In this document: positions 49,234 through 58,701 of the stretch, piece after piece
How the letters are laid out: every line of letters begins with the position of its first letter
Numbering within the stretch: the first letter of the stretch is position 1
Source: a phage
Sequence record: PZ543597.1
Reading direction: 5' to 3' (one strand)
Length of the DNA stretch: 64,000 nt
Made by a program: the position numbers and the translations under genes
The notes under the pieces: generated by a model
Told to the model about the DNA's origin: nothing
Seen by the model: only the letters and a program-made list of their open reading frames with translations
Database searches by the model: none

Positions 49234-51047
49234 CAATTGAAAAAGAAATTGAAGGATTGATTCATAAAACTAATAAAGACCTTTTGAACGAGAATGCTAA
49301 TAAAGATTCTCGTGTTTTTCCAACTCAACGGGACCTTATGGCTGGTATTGTGTCTAAACACATTGCCAAAAATATGGTCCCGTCTTTTATTATGAAAGCG
49401 CATGAAAGCGGAATTATTCATTTTCATGATATTGATTATTCCCCTGCTCTTCCATTTACTAATTGCTGTTTAGTAGATTTAAAAGGAATGCTTGAGAACG
49501 GATTTAAGCTCGGTAATGCACAGATTGAAACTCCTAAATCAATTGGCGTTGCTACTGCAATTATGGCACAAATTACTGCACAGGTTGCTTCTCATCAATA
49601 TGGCGGAACGACTTTTGCGAATGTAGATAAAGTCCTTTCTCCTTATGTTAAACGCACCTACGCAAAACACATTGAGGATGCAGAAAAATGGCAAATCGCT
49701 GATGCATTGAATTATGCCCAATCTAAAACAGAAAAAGACGTATACGATGCATTCCAAGCTTATGAATATGAAGTAAATACTCTCTTTAGTTCAAACGGAC
49801 AAACGCCTTTTGTAACAATTACATTTGGTACGGGAACTGACTGGACTGAACGAATGATTCAGAAAGCAATTCTGAAAAATCGTATTAAAGGTCTCGGTCG
49901 TGATGGGATAACTCCTATTTTCCCTAAGCTTGTTATGTTTGTTGAAGAAGGTGTTAATCTTTATAAAGACGATCCGAACTATGATATTAAGCAGCTTGCT
50001 CTAGAGTGTGCAAGCAAAAGAATGTATCCTGACATCATTTCGGCTAAGAACAATAAAGCTATCACAGGTTCATCTATTCCTGTTTCTCCAATGGGTTGCC
50101 GTAGTTTCTTGGGTGTATGGAAAGATTCGACTGGTAATGAAATTCTTGATGGACGTAATAATCTTGGTGTTGTAACACTGAATCTTCCTCGTATTGCATT
50201 AGATTCTTATATTGGAACACAGTTCAATGAACAGAAATTTGCCGAATTGTTCAATGAACGAATGGATTTATGTTTTGAAGCATTGATGTGTAGAATTAGT
50301 TCCTTAAAAGGAGTTAAAGCTACTGTTGCTCCTATTCTTTATCAAGAAGGTGCATTCGGGGTTCGTCTTAAACCTGATGACGATATAATTGAGTTATTTA
50401 AAAACGGTAGAAGTTCAGTGTCCCTAGGATACATTGGTATTCACGAATTGAATATTCTTGTCGGTCGTGATATTGGACAAGAAATTTTAACTAAAATGAA
50501 TACTCATCTTAAGCAGTGGACTGAAAGAACCGGTTTTGCTTTTAGCTTGTATTCTACTCCTGCGGAAAACCTGTGCTATCGCTTCTGTAAACTTGATACC
50601 GAAAAATATGGAAGTGTAAAAGATGTTACTGATAAAGGCTGGTACACTAATAGTTTCCATGTTTCAGTAGAAGAAAATATTACTCCGTTTGAAAAGATTT
50701 CTCGCGAAGCACCGTATCATTTCATTGCAACAGGTGGTCACATTTCTTATGTTGAACTTCCTGATATGAAAAATAACCTAAAAGGTCTTGAGGCTGTATG
50801 GGATTATGCCGCACAACATTTAGATTATTTTGGTGTTAATATGCCAGTAGATAAATGTTTTACGTGTGGAAGTACCCATGAAATGACTCCTACTGAAAAC
50901 GGATTTGTTTGTTCTATTTGTGGAGAAACTGATCCTAAAAAGATGAACACTATAAGAAGAACTTGTGGTTATTTGGGAAATCCGAACGAACGCGGATTTA
51001 ATCTTGGCAAAAATAAAGAAATCATGCATAGGGTTAAACACCAATGA
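49230..51047 (+). CDS. nrdD: anaerobic ribonucleoside-triphosphate reductase
   Basis: 605-aa uninterrupted ORF with C-terminal zinc ribbon and glycyl-radical motif RRTCGYLG. Confidence 0.95.
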   Translation: MTIEKEIEGLIHKTNKDLLNENANKDSRVFPTQRDLMAGIVSKHIAKNMVPSFIMKAHESGIIHFHDIDYSPALPFTNCCLVDLKGMLENGFKLGNAQIETPKSIGVATAIMAQITAQVASHQYGGTTFANVDKVLSPYVKRTYAKHIEDAEKWQIADALNYAQSKTEKDVYDAFQAYEYEVNTLFSSNGQTPFVTITFGTGTDWTERMIQKAILKNRIKGLGRDGITPIFPKLVMFVEEGVNLYKDDPNYDIKQLALECASKRMYPDIISAKNNKAITGSSIPVSPMGCRSFLGVWKDSTGNEILDGRNNLGVVTLNLPRIALDSYIGTQFNEQKFAELFNERMDLCFEALMCRISSLKGVKATVAPILYQEGAFGVRLKPDDDIIELFKNGRSSVSLGYIGIHELNILVGRDIGQEILTKMNTHLKQWTERTGFAFSLYSTPAENLCYRFCKLDTEKYGSVKDVTDKGWYTNSFHVSVEENITPFEKISREAPYHFIATGGHISYVELPDMKNNLKGLEAVWDYAAQHLDYFGVNMPVDKCFTCGSTHEMTPTENGFVCSICGETDPKKMNTIRRTCGYLGNPNERGFNLGKNKEIMHRVKHQ

Positions 51048-51514
51048 ATTACGATAGATTTTATCCCTGCGATTTTGTAAATGGCCCTGGATGCAGGGTC
51101 GTTCTTTTCGTTACAGGTTGTTTGCATAAATGTGAAGGGTGTTATAATAAATCAACATGGAATGCTAGAAATGGCGTTCCATTCACTGGTGAAACACTAG
51201 AACAATTAATTGAATGTTTGAATAATGATTATATAGAAGGATTAACTATAACTGGAGGAGACCCTCTTTATCCTGATAACCGAGATGATGTTCATTGCAT
51301 TGTTCAAACGGTAAAAAATCTTTATCCGAATAAAAGCATTTGGTTGTGGACAGGATATAAGTTTGAAGATATTAAACAACTAGAAATGCTTAAATATGTT
51401 GATGTTATTATTGATGGGAAGTATGAGAAAAATCTTCCGACCAAAAAGCTGTGGCGAGGTTCAGATAATCAGCGACTTTGGTCAAATACCGATGGGGTGT
51501 GGAAACATGATTAA
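51044..51514 (+). CDS. nrdG: anaerobic RNR activating enzyme (radical SAM)
   Basis: 156 aa with CLHKCEGC radical-SAM cysteine motif; ATGA-coupled to nrdD. Confidence 0.9.
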   Translation: MNYDRFYPCDFVNGPGCRVVLFVTGCLHKCEGCYNKSTWNARNGVPFTGETLEQLIECLNNDYIEGLTITGGDPLYPDNRDDVHCIVQTVKNLYPNKSIWLWTGYKFEDIKQLEMLKYVDVIIDGKYEKNLPTKKLWRGSDNQRLWSNTDGVWKHD

Positions 51515-51629
51515 ATTGAATTATATTATGGACACTATAAATGATATGATTTTTCATTTTGGTCCAGAATTTTATTCGCAATATAGTTTAGTGCTTATCA
51601 ATGCTTGGTTAATCAATTAAGGGTAAAAT

Positions 51630-51845
51630 ATGTATAAATTTCGTAAAGGTTTAGCTGATTTTCTTACAACTGTAACATTCTTTTTGTTTATGGCAGTTGG
51701 AGCTATTTTCCTTATTCCTTTTATTGTTATATTTTTCGTGATTAGTTTGATTTCTCCAGAAAAAGGACTGTCTTCTAGCGAGTTCAATGAGCGTCTGGAT
51801 AAAATTACTAACAAGCTGAATTCTGTTCTTGATAAAAAGGCTTAA
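51630..51845 (+). CDS. small membrane protein
   Basis: 71 aa with one long hydrophobic segment. Confidence 0.5.
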   Translation: MYKFRKGLADFLTTVTFFLFMAVGAIFLIPFIVIFFVISLISPEKGLSSSEFNERLDKITNKLNSVLDKKA

Positions 51846-51847
51846 TT

Positions 51848-52159
51848 ATGATTAGTTTTGAGCGGTATGTGGTAGAGAGTTGGAAAGGTTTTGATATGTT
51901 CGGTAATGACTATTATTTTTATGAATGTAGTCTAAATCCTAGTTTTTGGGCTGGGCGTGAACGAGAACTTGAAGAAATTAATAACCGTGCTGAATTGTTA
52001 GGTGAATTACCTACGGTTTATTTTACCTTTGATGCGTCTGGATTTGTTATCCAGGTTTATTTTCCTGAAGAAAATTCTGGCGATGATTCTGTTAACCCGC
52101 CATACTGGGCTTATCAAGGAATTATTTCTCGTGGAACAAAACTCGAACTTAAAGAATAA
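51848..52159 (+). CDS. hypothetical protein
   Basis: 103-aa ORF upstream of the glutaredoxin-like region. Confidence 0.5.
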   Translation: MISFERYVVESWKGFDMFGNDYYFYECSLNPSFWAGRERELEEINNRAELLGELPTVYFTFDASGFVIQVYFPEENSGDDSVNPPYWAYQGIISRGTKLELKE

Positions 52160-52160
52160 G

Positions 52161-52454
52161 ATTGAAGTCTATGGAATTCCAGATGAAGTAGGTCGTTGCC
52201 CTGGATGTCAATCAGTTACAAAACTTCTAAAGGAGCTCAATGCTCCTTTTACTTTCTATAAAGTTCTTACAAATAATGGTAAGATTGAGTATGATCGTCC
52301 ACTGATTGTATCTCTTGCTAAACGCGCTGGATTCACATCTCTTAACATTCGTTATCCAGTCATTTTCATCAATGATTCTAGACAAAAGAACATTAAACAC
52401 TTCAAAGAAACTCTCATTTCACTTGGATATGATAGAGATATCATAGAAGACTAA
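52161..52454 (+). CDS. glutaredoxin-like protein (NrdH-type redoxin), start codon unresolved
   Basis: KIEVYGIPDEVGRCPGCQSV... with CPGC motif; the reading frame has no in-frame ATG near the domain start; the first codon after the upstream stop is ATT at 52161. Confidence 0.5.
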   Translation: MEVYGIPDEVGRCPGCQSVTKLLKELNAPFTFYKVLTNNGKIEYDRPLIVSLAKRAGFTSLNIRYPVIFINDSRQKNIKHFKETLISLGYDRDIIED

Positions 52455-52552
52455 GACGGGCCCTCTGGGCCTTTCTTTCTCACATTCTGTATATTACCAT
52501 TCTAAGCATCATTCACTTCTTATCATTCCCTAAAATAATTTTCACAAAGTTG

Positions 52553-52581
52553 TTTACAAGAAGTTCAAACTGTGGTATTAT
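52553..52581 (+). promoter_or_regulatory. T4-type early promoter
   Basis: ttcacaaagttg upstream, -35 TTTACA, 17-bp spacer, -10 TATTAT. Confidence 0.65.
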
Positions 52582-52786
52582 TAACATATGAATTGCCTTT
52601 GAGGAATTGATATGGTTATGGTTGATAAAGAAATTAAAAAGGGACAGTATTATCTCATTAATGGTAATGCTGTTCGTGTTACTCATGTAAATAGTTTTGA
52701 AGTTTGCTATATTATACTCAAGTTACATAAACGCATGATTTGCGATCGTGCTGCATTTAGTTCAGTTGCTAAGGAAATTAAACTCC

Positions 52787-53080
52787 ATGGGTAAAACGTA
52801 TCGTCGTAAAGACTTAAAAGTGCGTGATTATGACTATTTCGGAAAGCGTAAAGCTCCTGATGGTGTAAGTCATAAAGATATGGTTGAAAACATTTTTCGC
52901 TCAGATAAATGGCGACGTATGCGAGGTGTTGATTCAGAGGTTAAGAATGAATTGAATCGTCAATTACGTGGTGAAGTAAGAAAGTTGAAAAAATCAGTTT
53001 ACATTGACGATGATTTTGATTATAATATTTCTCAACGAGTTGCTAAACGTAAATCAAACGAGTGCTATCGTTACAGCTGA
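52787..53080 (+). CDS. hypothetical basic protein
   Basis: 97 aa from ATG 52787 (MGKTYRRKDLK). Confidence 0.45.
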   Translation: MGKTYRRKDLKVRDYDYFGKRKAPDGVSHKDMVENIFRSDKWRRMRGVDSEVKNELNRQLRGEVRKLKKSVYIDDDFDYNISQRVAKRKSNECYRYS

Positions 53081-53087
53081 GGAAAAT

Positions 53088-53219
53088 ATGAATATCAAAC
53101 GAATGCTTTTTAAGCAAGGGCTATATACTTTAAATGCTACTCCAAAAGGCGATACAACTAAGTGGTCAGTAAATGACTGGATTAAATTTATTGATGAAAA
53201 TGGTAATTGGGAAATTTAA
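53088..53219 (+). CDS. hypothetical small protein
   Basis: 43-aa ORF with RBS gaggaaaat (below the track cutoff). Confidence 0.35.
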   Translation: MNIKRMLFKQGLYTLNATPKGDTTKWSVNDWIKFIDENGNWEI

Positions 53220-53420
53220 ATGAATCCTGAATCTAAATTATCGCAGCGAATTGCTGAAGAACGTGCCAAATTTTTCCAGAACATGAAATACAATGGTATT
53301 GAGGATGAAGTTTTTCTAAATTGGTTCTGGAATAATAAGTATGCAGCATGTGAAGGAGCTTTGTCATTGTCAGTCGCAATGATGTACGAAGGCTGGAAGG
53401 GTGCCAAACAGTTTAGCTAA
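53220..53420 (+). CDS. hypothetical small protein
   Basis: 66-aa ORF followed by a terminator hairpin. Confidence 0.5.
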   Translation: MNPESKLSQRIAEERAKFFQNMKYNGIEDEVFLNWFWNNKYAACEGALSLSVAMMYEGWKGAKQFS

Positions 53421-53439
53421 GGGCTTCGGCCCTTTTTTG
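53420..53439 (+). terminator. intrinsic terminator
   Basis: agggcttcggccct hairpin followed by tttttt. Confidence 0.8.
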
Positions 53440-53472
53440 GATAATAAATTTTAATGCAATTGAGGATAATGT

Positions 53473-53799
53473 ATGACTATTCAAATTAAAAACGCCATCA
53501 ATTCTTACGCATATGATAAAGTAGTTTCTCTGCTAGAAAAAGGCGATATTGTAACTCCTCAAATTTTGGATAAATGGGAAAAAGAGCTTCATCAGACGAT
53601 GAAACAGAATGATCAGAAAATTGGACGCAATACTGTCCGTGAATTGTTAGTTCAATATATCTTGTCAGAATTTGATGTTAAAGCTTTTGGTGTAGAATCT
53701 AAAGCTTATCAAAAACATGAAATTTCCGATAAAACTATTCGTCGTATGAAAAATCAACGCAAGAAAAAATTTGCTGACCTGAAAATTACTAAGGCATAA
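53473..53799 (+). CDS. hypothetical protein
   Basis: 108-aa ORF with RBS tgaggataat. Confidence 0.5.
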   Translation: MTIQIKNAINSYAYDKVVSLLEKGDIVTPQILDKWEKELHQTMKQNDQKIGRNTVRELLVQYILSEFDVKAFGVESKAYQKHEISDKTIRRMKNQRKKKFADLKITKA

Positions 53800-53801
53800 T
53801 T

Positions 53802-54017
53802 ATGAACGAAGCTCTTATTAACGATTTACGTCTTGCCGGATATGAAGTAAATACAAACGGCAGTGGTTTAACTCAAATTGAAGGAAATGGGTTCATCCTT
53901 GAGTATGAATTTAGCCAATGGTGGTTATATGCTAATTACGGCAAACTGATTGAATATGTTGACCAATTTGATTCACTAGATGCAGCTCTTGAAGCGGCTA
54001 AGTTGATGAATGCATGA
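53802..54017 (+). CDS. hypothetical small protein
   Basis: 71-aa ORF. Confidence 0.45.
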   Translation: MNEALINDLRLAGYEVNTNGSGLTQIEGNGFILEYEFSQWWLYANYGKLIEYVDQFDSLDAALEAAKLMNA

Positions 54018-54283
54018 AATTAATTAATATTTCTATTGCTATTGAAAATTTTGGTATTTTCTATGTTGACCAATACATGAAAATTTCATTTTTCCCAAAT
54101 AAGACTGGTGTTGGATATTGGGAAAGCCATGTTTCTGAATTAAATGGCAGTAAATATTCTAACACCCATAAAAAGTTTTTAGACTTTTTATATCGTGCTG
54201 ATATTAATGATCATTATATAGATATTCATGAATTTAAAAAGATGATGGAGAAAGTATTCCAAGCATACTGCTTACTTAGATAA
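54014..54283 (+). CDS. hypothetical protein
   Basis: 89-aa ORF, ATGA-coupled. Confidence 0.45.
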   Translation: MKLINISIAIENFGIFYVDQYMKISFFPNKTGVGYWESHVSELNGSKYSNTHKKFLDFLYRADINDHYIDIHEFKKMMEKVFQAYCLLR

Positions 54284-54296
54284 CTGATATCCTCTA

Positions 54297-54332
54297 TGCT
54301 TTAAGATAGATCTTCAAATATTATGATATAAT
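54297..54332 (+). promoter_or_regulatory. candidate middle/sigma70-type promoter upstream of gene 55 with inverted repeat
   Basis: MotA-box-like TGCTTTA (54297-54303), TATTAT (54319-54324) and TG-extended TATAAT (54327-54332), flanked by the inverted repeat atagatct/agatctat. Confidence 0.3.
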
Positions 54333-54361
54333 AGATCTATGAATTGAGCTAAGAGGTGAAA

Positions 54362-54919
54362 ATGTCAGAAACTAAGCCTAAATATAATTACGTAAACAAT
54401 AAAGAGCTTTTACAAGCTATTATTGATTGGAAAACAGAATTAGCAAATAATAAAGACCCAAATAAAGTAGTTCGTCAGAATGATACTATCGGATTAGCCA
54501 TTATGCTTATTGCAGAAGGCTTATCTAAACGTTTCAACTTTTCAGGATACACCCAGTCTTGGAAACAAGAAATGATTGCAGATGGTATAGAAGCTTCTAT
54601 TAAGGGGCTTCACAATTTTGATGAAACGAAATATAAAAACCCACATGCGTATATAACTCAAGCTTGTTTTAATGCATTCGTCCAACGTATTAAAAAAGAA
54701 CGTAAGGAAGTTGCAAAGAAATATAGTTACTTCGTTCACAATGTCTATGACAGTCGTGACGACGATATGGTTGCGTTAGTAGATGAAACTTTTATTCAAG
54801 ACATCTACGATAAAATGACGCATTACGAAGAATCAACCTATAGAACACCGGGGGCTGAAAAGAAAAGTGTTGTAGACGATTCTCCTAGTTTGGATTTTTT
54901 ATATGAGGCTAACGATTAA
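54362..54919 (+). CDS. 55: late-transcription sigma factor gp55
   Basis: 185 aa from [24 protein letters not shown]...; matches T4 gp55 as recalled; RBS aagaggtgaaa. Confidence 0.95.
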
Positions 54920-55121
54920 CCTCTCCGGATTCTTGGAAGAAATACCTGAAGTTGAAGCTATTCCCTATTTACTTAAAATGTATCTCAGGGAAGTTTTAGC
55001 TCTTGACATTGATATTGACCCAGAAAATCCGTATGATACCGCTTTTAAATCTAATGGTGTAGAATTAAACTATCGGTATCATTTAACAGATGATGATTTT
55101 TATTTTATATTAGAGAAATAA
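54903..55121 (+). CDS. hypothetical small acidic protein
   Basis: 72-aa ORF overlapping the 3' end of gene 55. Confidence 0.45.
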
Positions 55122-55122
55122 T

Positions 55123-55440
55123 ATGACTGATAAACCCGAAATTAATGATGAAGTGGAAAAGCTTATTTCTTCTATTGAAGAAAAGAACCGTCTTGAAGCA
55201 GAAAGAAAAGCAAATAAGTTATTGTCTAAAAACAAACGCGAACTGAATCGTCTTTATAAGCACGCTCAGATCGCAGCTGAAAATAATAATTTTGCTCAAT
55301 ACGAATATGCTATCAAGAAAAGTCGGGATATTCTAAAACAGCCATATAACGATGAACTCATTAGTATTCTTTGGAAGACTACTAGATCGCAGATTGAGGA
55401 TATGATTGATGCTTACACACGTAAAATTCAAGCGTCTTAA
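55123..55440 (+). CDS. hypothetical protein
   Basis: 105-aa ORF. Confidence 0.5.
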   Translation: MTDKPEINDEVEKLISSIEEKNRLEAERKANKLLSKNKRELNRLYKHAQIAAENNNFAQYEYAIKKSRDILKQPYNDELISILWKTTRSQIEDMIDAYTRKIQAS

Positions 55441-55612
55441 AATTAATGCAGGATTTACTGAATCTCTGAATGGTCATCTTTGTGTGAAAATTTCTGAAAA
55501 AGAATACCATGATAGTTCAATTAAAGAAGTTAATCCTCCTATTGTAAGAGCAGACCCTAATATGAAAGTGTGGGTTGATTCTTATCAAGTCAAAAAATGG
55601 TGGCAACTGTGA
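55409..55612 (+). CDS. hypothetical small protein
   Basis: 67 aa from ATG 55409. Confidence 0.4.
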   Translation: MLTHVKFKRLKINAGFTESLNGHLCVKISEKEYHDSSIKEVNPPIVRADPNMKVWVDSYQVKKWWQL

Positions 55613-55615
55613 AAG

Positions 55616-55789
55616 ATGAACACCCAGACTTCTGAAATAGATTATAATAAAATTCGTTCCTCTAAAGAGGAAATGATGAGACGCTTTAAAGAGTCTCATG
55701 ATAAAGCTAAAGCAGAAGGAACTATAAAATATAAGCGCATAAAATTTAAAAGTTCTAACGAGCCTCTGTATGGCGTATTATGTGGATAG
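55616..55789 (+). CDS. hypothetical small basic protein
   Basis: 57-aa ORF (below the track cutoff) ending in a terminator hairpin. Confidence 0.35.
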   Translation: MNTQTSEIDYNKIRSSKEEMMRRFKESHDKAKAEGTIKYKRIKFKSSNEPLYGVLCG

Positions 55790-55810
55790 GAGCTTCGGCT
55801 CCTATATTGC
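55787..55810 (+). terminator. hairpin with UUCG loop (terminator or stabiliser)
   Basis: taggagcttcggctccta followed by a T-rich tract. Confidence 0.5.
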
Positions 55811-55855
55811 TTTATAAATTTTTGGTAAAATAAACCAAAACAAAGAGGATATTAA

Positions 55856-57058
55856 ATGAAAGTATGTATTTTTATGGCTCGAGGTCTTGAAGGTTGTGGT
55901 GTAACTAAATTTTCTCTTGAGCAGCGTGATTGGTTTATTAAAAATGGTCATGAAGTAACTTTGGTTTATGCTAAAGATAAATCATTTACTCGTAATTGCG
56001 CGCATGATTATAAATCATTTTCAATTCCGGTTTTATTGGCAAAAGAATATGATAAAACACTTAAGCTGGTAAATGATTGTGATATTCTAATTATTAATTC
56101 AGTTCCTGCTACTTCGGTTGAAGAAGACACTATTAATAACTATAAAAAAATTATTGATAACATTAAACCTTCTGTTCGTGTTGTAGTTTATCAACATGAC
56201 CATTCTTCTCTTTCTTTGCGTCGAAATTTGGGATTAGAAGAAACTGTTCGTCGAGCTGATGTTATTTTTAGCCATTCTGATAATGGTGATTTTAATAAAG
56301 TTCTGATGAAAGAATGGTATCCAGAAACAGTTTCTCTGTTTGATGATATTGAAGAAGCGCCGACCGTATATAACTTTCAGCCTCCTATGGATATTGCGAA
56401 GGTTCGGTCAACCTACTGGAAAGATGTTTCTGAAATTAACATGAATATCAACCGTTGGATTGGTCGTACGACTACATGGAAAGGTTTTTATCAGATGTTT
56501 GATTTTCATGAAAAGCATCTTAAACCTGCAGGACTAAGTACTATTATGGAAGGTCTGGAACGTTCTCCAGCGTTCATTCCTATTAAAGAAAAAGGAATTC
56601 CATACGAGTATTATCGTCTTCATCAAGTAGACCAAATTAAAATTGCTCCTAATTTGCCAACGCAAATTCTTGACCGTTATGTAAATAGCGAAATGCTTGA
56701 ACGCATGAGTAAATCCGGATTTGGTTATCAGCTGAGTAAGTTGGACAAAAAATATCTACAACGTTCTTTAGAATATACTCATCTCGAGCTTGGTGCATGT
56801 GGAACAATTCCGGTATTTTGGAAATCTACTGGCGAAAATTTAAAATTCCGTGTTGATAATACTCCTTTGACCTCGCATGATAGCGGTATCATTTGGTTTG
56901 ATGAAAATGACATGGAATCAACATTTGAACGTATTAAAGAACTGTCATCTGACCGAACTCTTTATGACCGTGAACGCGAAAAAGCTTATGAATTTTTGTA
57001 TCAGCATCAAGATTCAAGCTTCTGCTTTAAAGAACAGTTTGACATTATTACAAAATAA
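55856..57058 (+). CDS. a-gt: DNA alpha-glucosyltransferase
   Basis: 400-aa ORF MKVCIFMARGLEGCGVTKFSLEQRDWFIKNGHEVTLVYAKDK...; same length as T4 alpha-glucosyltransferase and matches it as recalled. Confidence 0.95.
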   Translation: MKVCIFMARGLEGCGVTKFSLEQRDWFIKNGHEVTLVYAKDKSFTRNCAHDYKSFSIPVLLAKEYDKTLKLVNDCDILIINSVPATSVEEDTINNYKKIIDNIKPSVRVVVYQHDHSSLSLRRNLGLEETVRRADVIFSHSDNGDFNKVLMKEWYPETVSLFDDIEEAPTVYNFQPPMDIAKVRSTYWKDVSEINMNINRWIGRTTTWKGFYQMFDFHEKHLKPAGLSTIMEGLERSPAFIPIKEKGIPYEYYRLHQVDQIKIAPNLPTQILDRYVNSEMLERMSKSGFGYQLSKLDKKYLQRSLEYTHLELGACGTIPVFWKSTGENLKFRVDNTPLTSHDSGIIWFDENDMESTFERIKELSSDRTLYDREREKAYEFLYQHQDSSFCFKEQFDIITK

Positions 57059-57078
57059 AGGGCTTCGGCCCTTTAGCT
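57057..57078 (+). terminator. intrinsic terminator after a-gt
   Basis: aagggcttcggcccttt followed by a T-containing tract. Confidence 0.6.
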
Positions 57079-57234
57079 TTATACGGAGTTTGATATAATG
57101 ATATTTCTTGGATATGTGATACTTTTTCTTGCATTTTATCTATTCACTAGAGCATGTTGGATTGGGTTCTTTAGCACGCCAGATGGGTTTATTTCAATAA
57201 TTTTATTTTGCATTTCAATGACGGTTCTTGATAT

Positions 57235-58254
57235 ATGAAAATTTTAAATTTAGGTGATTGGCATTTAGGCGTTAAAGCTGATGATGAGTGGATTCGCGGT
57301 ATTCAAATTGATGGAATTAAGCAAGCGATAGAATATTCTAAGAAAAATGGAATTACTGTATGGATTCAATATGGTGATATTTTTGATGTGCGAAAAGCAA
57401 TCACGCATAAAACTATGGAGTTTGCCCGTGAAATAGTTCAAATGCTTGATGGTGCTGGAATCACATTACATACTATTGTAGGAAATCACGATCTCCACTA
57501 TAAAAATGTAATGCATCCAAATGCCTCTACTGAGCTTTTGGCTAAATATCCTAATGTTAAAGTATATGATAAGCCTACTACAGTAGATTTTGACGGATGT
57601 TTAATTGATTTAATTCCTTGGATGTGTGAAGAAAATACTGGTGAAATTCTTGAGCATATCAAAACTTCATCTGCTTCTTTTTGTGTTGGTCACTGGGAAC
57701 TGAATGGATTTTATTTTTATAAAGGAATGAAATCTCATGGTCTTGAACCTGATTTCCTTAAGACTTATAAAGAGGTGTGGTCTGGTCACTTCCATACTAT
57801 CTCTGAGGCTGCTAACGTCAGATATATTGGGACACCATGGACACTAACTGCCGGTGACGAGAATGACCCTCGTGGGTTCTGGATGTTTGATACAGAAACA
57901 GAACGAATGGAATTTATTCCAAACAACACTACCTGGCATCGTAGAATTCATTATCCATTTAAAGGAAAAATTGACTATAAAGATTTTACAAATCTATCAG
58001 TACGTGTTATAGTAACTGAAGTAGACAAAAATCTAACGAAGTTCGAATCTGAACTAGAAAAAGTTGTGCATTCATTACGAGTTGTGTCAAAAATTGATAA
58101 CTCTGTCGAGTCAGATGACAGTGAAGAAGTTGAAGTTCAATCTCTTCAGACGTTGATGGAAGAATACATTAATGCAATTCCAGACATCACTGATTCTGAC
58201 CGTGAAGCACTTATTCAATATGCAAATCAGTTATATGTAGAGGCAACACAATGA
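57235..58254 (+). CDS. 47: recombination endonuclease subunit gp47 (Mre11-like)
   Basis: 339-aa ORF with phosphoesterase motifs (LGDWHLG, GNHD); same length as T4 gp47. Confidence 0.95.
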   Translation: MKILNLGDWHLGVKADDEWIRGIQIDGIKQAIEYSKKNGITVWIQYGDIFDVRKAITHKTMEFAREIVQMLDGAGITLHTIVGNHDLHYKNVMHPNASTELLAKYPNVKVYDKPTTVDFDGCLIDLIPWMCEENTGEILEHIKTSSASFCVGHWELNGFYFYKGMKSHGLEPDFLKTYKEVWSGHFHTISEAANVRYIGTPWTLTAGDENDPRGFWMFDTETERMEFIPNNTTWHRRIHYPFKGKIDYKDFTNLSVRVIVTEVDKNLTKFESELEKVVHSLRVVSKIDNSVESDDSEEVEVQSLQTLMEEYINAIPDITDSDREALIQYANQLYVEATQ

Positions 58255-58514
58255 CTTTTGATGAATTTAAAAATGTTATGATGAGTCAGCATTTTGAATG
58301 CGAAGTAAAAGATGATATTGGGCATAAAGAAATTATTGAATATTGGTTTGAACCGCTAGAGGTTGAAGATAATTGTATTAAAAAGGTCACGGTCTGCACT
58401 GACTGGGCTGTATCTTTTAACTTCAACATTTTAGATAATGACACACCTAAATCATTGCGAGATATGGCCGTATCTTGTATTAAGGATGCATACTGTGAAG
58501 TTTTCGACATTTGA
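58251..58514 (+). CDS. hypothetical small protein between 47 and 46
   Basis: 87-aa ORF, ATGA-coupled to gene 47. Confidence 0.5.
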   Translation: MTFDEFKNVMMSQHFECEVKDDIGHKEIIEYWFEPLEVEDNCIKKVTVCTDWAVSFNFNILDNDTPKSLRDMAVSCIKDAYCEVFDI

Positions 58515-58701
58515 CATTAATGATGAATTCATAGCAAACATTGATTATACCGAAGAAGATTCTAGATATGTTGGAATAATTTATATTACATCAAAAACAG
58601 CACAAGGCGTTGTTTGCATGGCTGAATTTGATGAATACTTTTTAGATTATGATGATATGATAGAATGGTCTAAAAGATACATTAAAAGGAATCTTTTGTG
58701 A
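58486..58701 (+). CDS. hypothetical small protein between 47 and 46
   Basis: 72 aa from the internal ATG 58486; overlaps the previous ORF by 29 nt. Confidence 0.4.
   Translation: MHTVKFSTFDINDEFIANIDYTEEDSRYVGIIYITSKTAQGVVCMAEFDEYFLDYDDMIEWSKRYIKRNLL

Noticed and set aside
52002-52160. N-terminal part of the track ORF 52002-52454
   Set aside because: It overlaps the well-supported upstream ORF 51848-52159 in another frame and is probably an artefact of an alternative start codon; only the C-terminal glutaredoxin-like part is credible.
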